From NCBI GenBank assembly GCA_002269645.1, contig NIVC01002139.1, positions 1-40,583 on the forward strand: 40,583 nucleotides of DNA, read 5' to 3'. The notes beneath the pieces are model-generated. The model was given only the letters and a program-made list of their open reading frames with translations. It was not told the DNA's origin and searched no databases. A program made the translations under genes and the position numbers. Shown here piece by piece: positions 23,086 to 35,219 of this stretch; position 1 is the stretch's first letter; the number at the start of each line of letters is the position of its first letter. The stretch comes from Macrostomum lignano. Lineage: Eukaryota.

Positions 23086-24304
23086 ATGAAAACAACCTCC
23101 ATAATTGACCAGGAGCAGAATCCAAAAGCAGATTTGCCACCAAAATTTCCAAATGGGTTTTAACTTTCTCTCTCATAGATTGCATCAAACTGAGGAAGCT
23201 GGAGATTAAGTGATGAAGCAGAGACACACACAGATAGCGGATAAAGGAAATCCATTCGCAGCTGTTAACGTTTTCCCACCAGGGGTTTTCTTAGAAGTAA
23301 ATGCCAGGAAATGCAGTTGGCAGTTCGATGTAAGCCGTTAAACCGATGCCCCTGGCTGGTGCATGCGCATAGCAGAAACAGAGAGTCTTCAGGCGGGCAT
23401 TTGCTCACCGGTAAACAGAGACACGTCGGAAATCTTCAGCTCAACCATGGGTTGAGTTGGCGACTTGCGCCGATTCGAACCAGCGACCACCATGACTGAT
23501 CGAGACGGTAAACTCACTAGTTAGTCAATAGGAGACAGTCTGGTAGGGTGAAATGGCTGCTAAAGAATTTCCAAGCCTCACTTTATAGCAGTCCTGCCTC
23601 AGAGCATGCAGACACAGCCCAGCGCTTTGAGGACTGGCCAATGAACGAGCACCTTGGCAGGCGAAGCATAAAAATTTGAGTGACTTTGGTCCTGCGCCGG
23701 GACTTCTGTAGCGGAACAACTGGACTGCCAGTAGTAAGGTTTCTAGATTGAAAAGCTGCTAAAACACACAGCATTGCAATCTGGGTTTTGTTTGGCTATC
23801 TTCTTCCCTGGAGCAGCGAATGTTTATCCCAGTTTGCAATCAGTTATCGCTTTTAATAGCCGAGAGTAGAATAAACCCGGGATATTCCATTCCCGCCTGA
23901 GCGACAGGTTAGCTTTGATAGAGAGATTGACGGGTAGGGTAGTTCTCTTAGCGGAGCGGGTTGGTTACAAAGCGGGATTTTTCTAGTGTAGTAACACTAC
24001 TGGCACAGGAAGGCAGTGAGTGCTATCTTCAAGTGCAAGCAATACCCCACAGTAGTCAAAATAATGACCCCCCCTGAGTGGATAGCGAATAGCCGCCGTG
24101 AAAGTGGCTTCTTTCGATTTCCAATGCAGCAGAGAGTGCATCATGAGCAGATCTCTCTCTCTCTCTCTCTCTCTCCCCCTCTCTCTCTCTTCGGTGTGTT
24201 CACTATAAATTGCTTTGGGGCAAGATGATCATTTATTTTACTACTGCTAAGCAAGAAAGCTAGAGAAAGAGAGAGAGAGAGAGAGAGAGTGCAGAGATGG
24301 CAAC

Positions 24305-24410
24305 TCTACCCATTCCACTGACTCCTGAGCACAGGGGGTGTACAGCTGTGGCCCTGACTTTCTAATCGTCAGGCATGTACACTCGCTGTGTCTTGGGGGT
24401 TGGGGGTTAA
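24305..24410 (-). mobile_element. SINE body fragment, second family
   Basis: cccattccactgactcctgagcacagggggtgtacagctgtggccctgactttctaatcgtcaggcatgtacac...cttgggggttgg. Confidence 0.65.
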
Positions 24411-25754
24411 CGACGATATGTATCGAAAATTACTTTGATTTCGCTGACACAGCGAATCAGAATTCAAATCGGTGCCACCGCCGAAGTTAGAGTGGAACCC
24501 GCTCTCCTTCCCCAGATCGTTAAAATGACACCGCCAATCAGTGCTGAGACCTTTCGAAGTGGCCAGATTTTATTCATTATGACGGCCAGACTCAGTGGTT
24601 TGCAGTGGCCGGCCAAGTCCTGTGATTGCATTACCCCATCGGCCTAAACTGTCACACTAAACGCCCCCCGGGCCCGGCGTCAAGCGTCAACAAGGCGAGC
24701 GCGGGCACGGGTCGAACCGACTCTCCCAGGGATCAATACGATTTTGCCAGGACGGGGAACTGGTGTTGGGGCCTGAGCTCTATGGCCAAAGACGCCGCAG
24801 AGGATGAGTAGGAGAATGCAGCGGATCAGGGGACGGGTGGGGTAAGGGAGAGGATGTAGGGATTCCCGAGACCAAGGAGACCTTGAACTGAGATTCTGGA
24901 GTGTGTCAATTCCCCCCCCCCGAAATTCTCGTATACAGCCAATCTGCTCATTCTACCGTCAGCTTCAAGCATGAAAAACTTTACAGTATTCATTTTATGT
25001 CGAATGTGTGTTGCATGTGAAATATATAATTTCTGTTGAATTGAAGTAAAACTAGCCTTATAGAGTTGTCAATCCAGATTTTGGTTCTTGGTGTCCCTGC
25101 CGTCAGCCGGGCTCGGGCAAGATTATTAACCTGTCAGGACGCGTTAAGCTGCATCGCTTCGCATCGGAGGAGCCCGGCAGGGACCGGGTGCCGCCCGCCG
25201 CCTTGGGGATATTGGGAGAGAGCAGAGACGGAGGCGGCGACATCGAGCTGGTTTCCCGGACTGCCGGGTCAGAGAGTGATAGTGGATGCGACGGATTCAG
25301 GATGATATACAGGAGCGCCTCCTGCTGGTCCGCTCCAGCCCCGATTTTATGGCCCAGCCAGGAATTAATTACCTCTGGGCTGCGGGGGACTCCGCTACAG
25401 ACTGCTGCCTGGGCGAGGCGCTAGCAGACTGCCCCCCCCCCCCCCCGAGTTTGAGTAGAAGCTCGTGGAAGCTCATGATTTAACCGGCAGGAGGCAGCAA
25501 TCGGAGCATGAAGCAAATGTTGAAAGGCAAAACACTTCTGCATTTGCTTCCTGACCGTTCCCAGGGGCTGCTCTTTGAGTAGGCTGAGGTCTCGAGGGAC
25601 AACCGGCTTCGAACGAGTGAGAATGAAGGCCGGGGGACTTGCGGCAGCGAAGATTGTCTGTGAGACGGCTTAGGAAGCTGGAAGGGGGTGCTTGAGCTTA
25701 ACCGCTGTGAGATAATGCGCCAGAGGTGAGAGGTTAAATGAAAAGATTAACAAA

Positions 25755-25774
25755 GACGGACTGACAGACAGAAT

Positions 25775-25806
<32 letters not shown>

Positions 25807-25859
25807 CACAGACAGACACAGACAGACAGACAGACAGACAGACACACAGACAGACAGAC

Positions 25860-25894
<35 letters not shown>

Positions 25895-25974
25895 CACAGA
25901 CAGACACAGACAGACAGACAGACACACAGACAGACAGACACAGACAGACAGACAGAACGACAGACAGACAGAAC

Positions 25975-26026
<52 letters not shown>

Positions 26027-26123
26027 CACAGACAGACAGACAGACACACAGACAGACAGACAGACAGACACACAGACAGACAGACAGACACAGACAGACA
26101 GACACACAGACACACAGACAGAC

Positions 26124-26216
<93 letters not shown>

Positions 26217-26250
26217 TAGACACACAGACAGACAGACAGACAGACAGACG
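25755..26250. repeat. (GACA)n microsatellite
   Basis: Direct reading. Confidence 0.97.
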
Positions 26251-26619
26251 ACGATCAGCCATGTCTGGCTCCAATCGGCAGGCGGCAAGCCAGGCGGAAT
26301 CAAGGATCCCTGAGCAAAGCTATTTGAGTCTTCCCAAACTTCTCCTCCCATTTCCAGTCTCCTGGCGGTCAGTCTAGCGAGCCACAAGGGGGAGGGCAGC
26401 GCAAACAGAGCCTTCGATTTCAGCAGCGGAGGCAGCTCACCGGCTTGTTTGGCGTGTAGTTTTGCTAATTGAGACTTTGGCACGGCAGCTGCCCGCCCCC
26501 ATTGCTGGATTAATTCTGTACCCCAGCTGGCTGCGCTCTCCCATGCGCACTGGGTTGCGAAGGGAACTTTGGAATGAAAATACACTGCTTTAACTGTTTT
26601 GGTTGTACCTTTGAGCGGA

Positions 26620-26860
26620 GATGGAGGTAGAGAGGAGATGAGGCGGAGAGTGGAGATGAGGCGGAGAGCGGAGATGAGGCGGAGAGTGGAGATGAGGGGG
26701 AGAGTGGAGATGAGGCGGAGAGTGGAGATGAGGCGGAGAGTGGAGATGAGGCGGAGAGTGGAGATGAGGGGGAGAGTGGAGATGAGGGGGAGAGTGGAGA
26801 TGAGGGGGAGAGCGGAGATGAGGGGGAGAGCGGAGATATAGGGGGAGAGCGGAGAAGGAC
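26620..26860. repeat. 18-bp purine-rich minisatellite (GGAGATGAGGCGGAGAGT)
   Basis: About 12 copies. Confidence 0.92.
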
Positions 26861-27667
26861 AATAGCGGAGATGGAAGGGAGAGAAGAGAGTCCAGATTTG
26901 CTGGCTAATGTGAAGCAGAGGCAGCCAGAAATGTCGGCCAGGAAAGCGAAGTTCTAGAAAAATCATTCGACACCTCTGTCTCTCTCTCTCACCTTCCAGG
27001 GGTTCAGCCGCCATCGAGGTCAGCTATCGGCAGTGCCGGAGATTGTTCAGCAGTTCAGGAACTGGGCGGTCTCAGTTTTGCAGTCCTGCAGCGTTCGATA
27101 CGGAAGCCTCCGAGGTCAGGGCTGCCGCAGCCGCCGCCATCGCCGCAGCCGCCACAGCTCGCAACACCGTGGAATCGAGTTCTCGCATTGGAATCAGCCT
27201 CGGCAGCTCGCGAACGGCATCGCAGCTTCTGGGTATTTCTCCGCTCCCGCTCCCACCGTCATTCATCAGGCCAATTTTGCTGCTTCAGGGAAAAAAGCAG
27301 AAATTCCCAGGCCTGGGCAAACTGCAGGCCAATTGCTGGTTGCTGACCTTTGCGCTGAAGCAGCGATCCCAGACCCGCTCCCCGAATTCCCATTTGGGGA
27401 ACAAGCGGACTTCTGTTCCCTGGGAATTTCCCGCACCCACTATGCGTCGCTCTGATCTTCATAAAATTTGTCTAGGTAGCGATTTTCGAATGTATGGCTA
27501 CAGGTCTCTTGCAGGGGTGCCAGCCATTTTATTTCATGGGGCGCCAAATCTACAGCAAGGGATTAGATGGAGCCTGAGTTTTAGGCCACCGCTGTACGTA
27601 CGCTGATGAACGTGTTATTAATTTTTTTATCACCCCTGGCTCCGTGAGCCCAGGGCCGACGCTATGA

Positions 27668-28090
<423 letters not shown>

Positions 28091-28484
28091 GCTATCCTAT
28101 TCTAATTGGCTGGACTTACCGCTCTGGAAAATCCCCATTCGAAAGAAGGTTAGTCAGTGTCGAGTGGTTACAAATGTCCCAAAGGGTTAAGCATCGAAGT
28201 TTCAAATCTTCCAAATAGCTGAATGGCCTGTTTTTGTAAGAAATCTTGTTAGCGATCCCTCAGGGACACTGGGAAGAGGGGGTGGAGCCCTGGGAGGCGG
28301 AAGAGGCCGACCCCCCGCTGAGGCGGAGGCTGACTGACGGGAGCGACTGATTTCTGGGCTGAAGATACCAAACTGACTGCTAATCTGTTGGCGAAAAAAT
28401 CAGTTTGCTAATAGGCTCCAATCCGAAGATGGCAACTACACGCTACACTCGTGATATTGAAAATGAAGATCTTCGCCATAGCCA

Positions 28485-28605
28485 TAGCCATAGGCATCCT
28501 TAGCCATAGCCATAGACATAGCCATACCCATAGCCATACCCATACCCATAGACATAGCCATAGCCACAGCCATACCCATAGCCATAGCCATAGGCCATTG
28601 GCATC
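28485..28605. repeat. (GCCATA)n hexamer repeat
   Basis: Direct reading. Confidence 0.9.
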
Positions 28606-29454
28606 CATGGCTACAGACAGGGCTCAGACCAAAACCCAATTCAATCTGTCCAACCAGAGAGTAAGCACTATCAAAGTGACAAGTCCGGAAATAGCCACCC
28701 GGCCAAACCCTGCGCCAAGGAAGGCACCAACTACCAGCGAGTCAGCCGGGAATCAGATGACTAATTCAATAGGCCAGGCGGAGAAGTTAATGATTTTTCT
28801 CTCGCCCGCCATCCGCGAACCCCAGCGCTAATTTAAAAAGCAATATACTTAAACTCCAATTGGCGTGACTAGGAATTGATGCGGTGCCAAAGCACCCGCT
28901 GGTGGTAAATCGGTAGTTTGGGAGAGCAAATTAAGGCATTGCAGCTCCCCCATTGGAATCGCCATCATTGCCAATGCCAGGTCTGCGGCCGGTTTCACTG
29001 AGGACCCCCCGCCGGGCGTGTGAATTTGCCTACACCGTTAAGAGATGAGGCCGGAGCAGCTTGAGACATTGTGGGGAGGGGGGTGGAGGACGGCGGAGTC
29101 TTGATGGAATGAAAATAGAGAGCGGAGCGGCAACAGGCACCGCGACTCTCTTTCCCTCGTTGCTTCAACTCTGCAGAGCAGCTCCTCTGTTATGCAGTAG
29201 TGGCGCATTTTTAGATTGCCAAAAATCCACGAGACTCTTCAAGTTCTCCATCCGACAGTTTAGCGGCCAAATGCTGAAATTTTGTAAGCGACAGAAAGAC
29301 AATAGGGAAATGAAGAGTTAGCGAGAGTGAGGGAGACAGTGGCAGCTCTGGACAGAAATCCTGCGACTGTGGCTGCATAGCACAGGTTGGCTGTGTCAGT
29401 TAAAATCAATTTGTGACTGCTGTCTTTGCAATCCGCTGCATTGACGTGCATAGG

Positions 29455-30545
29455 ATGTGATGATCGGCTGGCTTTGTGTGTGAACTGCTGGCTCTGGGTG
29501 TGATCTGCTGGCTCTGGGTGTGATCTGCTGGCTCTGGGTGTGATCTGCTGACTCTGTGTGTGATCTGCTAGCTCTGTGTGTGATCTGCTGGCTCTGTGTG
29601 TGATCTGCTGGCTCTGTGTGTGATCTGCTGGCTCTGTGCGTGATCTGCTGGCTCTGTGTGTGAACTGCTGGCTCTGTGTGTGAACTGCTGGCTCTGGGTG
29701 TGATCTGTTGGATCTGTGTGTGATCTGCTGGCTCTGTGTGTGATCTGCTGGCTCTGTGTGTGAACTGCTGGCTCTGGGTGTGATCTGCTGGCTCTGTGTG
29801 TGAACTGCTGGCTCTCGGTGTGATCTGCTGGCTCTGTGTGTGATCTGCTGGCTCTGTGTGTGATCTGCTGGCTCTGTGTGTGAACTGCTGGCTCTGGGTG
29901 TGATCTGCTGGCTCTGTGTGTGATATGCTGGCTCTGTGCGTGATCTGCTGGCTCTGTGTGTGAACTGCTGGCTCTGTGTGTGATCTGCTGGCTCTGTGTG
30001 TGATCTGCTGGCTCTGGGTGTGATCTGCTGGCTCTGGGTATGATCTGCTGGCTCTGGGTGTGATCTGCTGGCTCTGGGTATGATCTGCTGGCTGTATGTG
30101 ATCTGCTGGCTCTAGGTGTGAACTGCTGGCTGTGTGATCTGCTGGCTCTGGATGTGATCTGCTGGCTCTGGGTGTGATTTTCTGGCTGTGTGATCTGCTG
30201 GCTCTGGATGTGATCTGCTGGCTCTTGGTGTGATCTGCTGGCTCTGTGTGTGATATGCTGGCTCTGGATGTGATCTGCTGGCTTTGTGTGTGAACTGCTG
30301 GCTCTGGGTGTGAACTGCTGGCTCTGGGTGTGATCTGCTGGCTTTGTGTGTGATCTGCTGGCTCAGGGTGTGAACTGCTGGCTCTGGGTGTGATCTGCTG
30401 GCTCTGTGTGTGAACTGCTGGCTCTGGGTGTGATCTGCTGGCTCTGGGTGTGATCTGCTGGCTCTGTGTGTGAACTGCTGGCTCTGGGTGTGATCTGCTG
30501 GCTCTAGGTGTGATCTGCTAGCTGTGTGATCTGCTGGCTCTGGGA
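29455..30545. repeat. 20-bp minisatellite (TGTGATCTGCTGGCTCTGTG)
   Basis: About 55 copies. Confidence 0.96.
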
Positions 30546-31244
30546 TCTCATTGCATGCATGGCAGTTATAATTAATTATTATAGCAGCATCACAGTGTAT
30601 TAAAACTGCAAATTTGAATAAAAAATGTCCTTCCCAAGTGCAATCTTAGCATGATGGACAGCGGGCACCGAACTGATCTATAATCGCTGCCCATTCAGAA
30701 TTTACTGTCTGTATACTCAGAGGAGGAAGGGTGCGAAAAAGAAAAGCCAAGCAAAGCCCGCTGCCGCCTATCACACCCGCCCCGGCCACAGCCGAGTCAA
30801 GTAAACAGTGAACATTTCTTTCTTTAGCCCGGAAATCCTGTGGCGCTGAAAGACCTTCTTCTTCTTCTTCTGCCTGGCAAGAGTCACGGCCACGCCGAAG
30901 GCCGAAAGTGTTGAAGGGGGAACGCCGTGGATTAGGCAGATCTGCAGATTCCCATAGACAAGAAGGGAAGCAGCCACCGCTGCTGAAGCTGAATGGACAG
31001 CCGCGCGGCCCGTTGTGTTTTATATATTAAGATTATGACATATGTCTGGCGCTATGCTGTATGGCGTCTGATGCGTGATGGACCCCGTGGGCATGGCTGG
31101 GCCAAGTTCGCCCCAGCAACTGCGAAGTGGAGGGGGGGCGGCTCGCCATGTGAAAACATCGTGTTTGTCGCAAATTGCCAATGATTGCTAATCCATTATT
31201 ACAGCTTAGCCCTGAACTCTAACAATTAACTACCGATCTTGAAT

Positions 31245-31560
31245 TATGACCTACATCATGAGCCATGACCTACATCATGAGCCATGACCTACATCATGAT
31301 CCAAGACCTACATAATGATCCAAGACCTACATCATGATCCAAGACCTACATAATGATCCAAGACCTACATCATGATCCAAGACCTACATCATGATCCATG
31401 ACCTACATCATGATCCAAGACCTACATCATGATCCAAGACCTACATCATGATCCAAGACCTACATCATGATCTAAGACCTACATCATGATCTAAGACCTA
31501 CATCATGATCTAAGACCTACATCATAAACTACCGATGACTCATGACCTAGATCATGAACA
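31245..31560. repeat. 19-bp minisatellite (GACCTACATCATGATCCAA)
   Basis: About 15 copies. Confidence 0.92.
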
Positions 31561-32599
31561 ACTGATTATGACTTGCACTGCAGCACCAACTAACAATGAA
31601 AATGTACATACAGCATCCCTATAAACTAAGCATTGCAACGAGCTAATTTGCACAAATCCTTAAAATATATCAATGAAAGCGTATAAATCAGTACCCTTAA
31701 CTTTCTTACCGCAACCTATGCGGCAGGACAGATTCGAGGTGCAGACTATGCATACTGACTAGCCAAATGTTTATCTAAGCATCCTTTGAAAGCATAAAGA
31801 ATGCATCTACGAAGAAGGATAGTTAATTAAACACAACAAAATCAGCTATTCAATCCAGCCAGCATAACTCTGCCCACTTCAATATCATTTTTCCTCAAGA
31901 TCTATATTTCAGCTACCCATCACCTACTAGGACAGAAAAGTGCGCCTGGCATAGAATAGATAGATAGAAGTGAATAATTAAACTTCTGTCGAGGTATAAG
32001 TATATAAAATACTATACTAACTACTTATAGTACTTGCTGTCAGTAGTACTGGAACATTTGTGACGCTAAACTGCCAAATTTGCTCAATAGGGTAGGCTTT
32101 TAGTTCAGTTTTAGCTCAGAAATATTACAATAAAAAAGCAACCAAAAAGGCCAGGATTTTACTTGCTTGCTTAAAGTTAAGTAAAATCATGCTAAAGCAT
32201 GGACAACTTAAACCATGTATGATTACAATATATTCCCATATTAAATGTAGACAAGCAGCAATTCAAAAGACACGAAAAGCAATCAAGTCAAGGTACGCAC
32301 TAAAAGTTGATTTTTCAATAATTTGACAATGACAAAAACGAAAACTGACAACGCTTAATGCAAGCCAGCGTAATTAATTAATGATAAAGGTAAGAAAAAA
32401 TGGTTAACAGCTGCAAGACACTGAGTAGTGTGAACAGTAAACTCCAGGAAGACCCAACATCACGGCAAAAATGGAGAGTAAAATGAGTTTCAGGTGGACT
32501 ACAGGTAAAAACTAGATTCTAGGTGCAGTTTACAGTCAGTTTACAGGCTATTAGGCTGAGATTAGTAGATTTAAATGAACAGTTTAAGATCATATCGGA

Positions 32600-33505
32600 G
32601 TGGTTTTAGGGCGATTCTCACTGCGGTTTCAGGGCGATTCTCACTGCGCTTTCAGGGCGATTCTTACTGCGGTTCCAGGGCGATTCTCACTACGGTTCCA
32701 GGGCGATTCTCACTACGGTTCCAGGGCGATTCTCACTACGGTTCCAGGGCGATTCTCACTGCGGTTTCAGGGCGATTCTCACTGCGGGTTCAGGGCGATT
32801 CTCACTGCGGTTTCAGGGCGATTCTCACTACGGTTCCAGGGCGATTCTCACTACGGTTCCAGGGCGATTCTCACTGCGGTTCCAGGGCGATTCTCACTGC
32901 GGTTTCAGGGCGATTCTCACTACGGTTCCAAAGCGATTCTCACTGCGGTTTCAGGGCGATTCTCAATGCAGTTTAAGGGCGATTCTCACTGCGGTTTCAG
33001 GGCGATTCTCACTGCGGTTCCAGGGCGATTCTCACTGCGGTTCCAGGGCGATTCTCACTGCGGTTTCAGGGCGATTCTCACTGCGGTTTCAGGGCGATTC
33101 TCACTGCGGTTCCAGGGCGATTCTCACTGCGCTTTCAGGGCGATTCTCACTGCGCTTTCAGGGCGATTCTCACTGCGCTTTCAGGGCGATTCTCACTGCG
33201 CTTTCAGGGCGATTCTCACTGCGGTTCCAGGGCGATTCTCACTGCGCTTTCAGGGCGATTCTCACTGCGGTTTCAGGGCGATTCTCACTGCGGTTCCAGG
33301 GCGATTCTCACTGCGCTTTCAGGGCGATTCTCACTGCGCTTTCAGGGCGATTCTCGCAGCGGTTTCAGGGCGATTCTCACTGCGGTTCCAGGGCGATTCT
33401 CACTGCGCTTTCAGGGCGATTCTCACTGCGCTTTCAGGGCGATTCTCACTGCGCTTTCAGGGCGATTCTCGCAGCGGTTTCAGGGCGATTCTCACTGCGG
33501 TTATA
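32600..33505. repeat. 23-bp minisatellite (CAGGGCGATTCTCACTGCGGTTT)
   Basis: About 39 copies. Confidence 0.96.
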
Positions 33506-34044
33506 AGGCGAATCTCAAAGCATATGGACAGTCTAACTTAGCTTGACAATCTAACAGTCAAGCTTAAATCACTAAATACGAGTACAAATGCTATGTATTA
33601 TAGTAGTCTAACATAAACAAAGTATTGGTGCAGGTAAGCTAAATACCTAAATAAATACGTCAAAAGGATTTTCTATAAAATTAAAATTTATCAGCTACAC
33701 TCACTACGCGTAAAGCAGGGAAAAACACAAAAAATATTGAAGACACGCAGAGCAATGAGTTGAGCAAGACAAGCGCAGATGGAACTGGCTGAGGAATCTA
33801 TGCGCAAACAGGCGGATTCGAAGCGACCCAAGTCTGACATAATCGTGATCGGGAATGCAGAATATCTCACTATCTAATGGATTAGACGCAGATCTAAAAA
33901 TTTAATTTCGGTTTTGGAATGCAGTCTAAAAAATAGAAGGTCGACTGCTGCACACAGGCCTCGGTGTACCTAAAACTGAGATTTACAACTCCAAGACAGT
34001 AAGAAAAATCTATTGAAGCAAAAAACTATATATAGTTAAATTTT

Positions 34045-34604
34045 TCAGACGTCGGAAGTGGCATCGGAAGCAGCGCGAACACCGGAAGACCCACCGGAAG
34101 CTCTGGAAGCGGGACCGGAACTCGCGTCGGAAGCAGCACCGGAAACTCCAGAAGCGGCCCCGGAAGCAGCACCGGAAGCTCCAGAAGCGGCCCCGGAAGC
34201 AGCACCGAAAGCTCCAGAAGCGGCCCCGGAAGCAGCACCGGAAGCTCCAGAAGCGGCCCGGAAGCAGCACCGGAAGCTCCAGAAGCGGCCCCGGAAGCAG
34301 CACCGGCTCCCTGGGCCAGACGATTCCGCACAATAGCCAAATGATTGCGAATATAATCCTCGTTAGGGCCAAGCTGGACAGCCCTGGCCAGGCACTGCTC
34401 CGCCTCGCGCAGCCGGCCGGACTCCACCATGGTGACGCAGAGGTTGTGCAGCGCCTGTGGGCTGGTCGGATCCAGCTGGTGAGCCTTATAAAAATAAGCG
34501 GCCGCGCCGGATACGTCTTTGAGATGGTTCAGGTGAATGTCGCCTAGAAGCAGGTGGCCCTTCATGTGGTCCGGATGGTGGCGCAGCAGCGTCTCGGCCG
34601 TCTC
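34045..34604 (-). CDS. TMTC3: TMTC3-like final coding exon with a G/A/S-rich repeat tail
   Basis: Acceptor attgctcag (phase 0, matching the upstream donor). Encodes ETAETLLRHHPDHMKGHLLLGDIHLNHLKDVSGAAAYFYKAHQLDPTSPQALHNLCV...EAEQCLARAVQLGPNEDYIRNHLAIVRNRL, matching the TMTC3 motifs PDHIKG, HNLCV and EYIQRHL. Restoring one C at about 34258 gives (GAAS/GAS)n...DATSDV* with TGA at 34045-34047. Confidence 0.85.
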
Positions 34605-34671
34605 CTGAGCAATGGCAGAGTATTGGTAGCTCTGTGCTGGCTTAATAAGTACATTATAAGTACAAAAAGCC

Positions 34672-35035
34672 CGAAATATCATAAACCCGAAATATCACTA
34701 ACCTGAAATATCATAAACCCGAAATATCACTAACCCGAAATATCACTAACCCGAAATATCACAAAACCGAAATATCACTAACCCGAAATATCACTAACCC
34801 GAAATATCACTAACCCGAAATATCACTAACCCGAAATATCACTAACCCGAAATATCACTAACCCGAAATATCACTAACCCGAAATATCATAAACCCGAAA
34901 TATCATAAACCCGAAATATCACTAACCCGAAATATCACTAACCGGAAATATCATAAACCGAAATATCACTAATTCGAAATATCCGAAATATCAAATTCGA
35001 AATATCATAAACCCGAAATATCATAACTCTGAAAG
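34672..35035. repeat. 16-17-bp minisatellite (AACCCGAAATATCACTA), followed by inverted degenerate units at about 35070-35140
   Basis: Direct reading. atatcgggtttatgat and ttttcgggtttgtgat are reverse-complement-like copies. Confidence 0.9.
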
Positions 35036-35219
35036 TTCTAGCAATGTCCAACACTATTTTGGTTTTCGGAGTAATGATATATCGGGTTTATGATGTGCCC
35101 TGCTAGTAATTTCGGAGTTGTGATTTTTCGGGTTTGTGATGCCCCCATGATGTTAGAATGCACTATACACCAAGTATGTTGCCCACTTGAAAGTTTTGAG
35201 GAGTTTTCCTGTCAGCATT

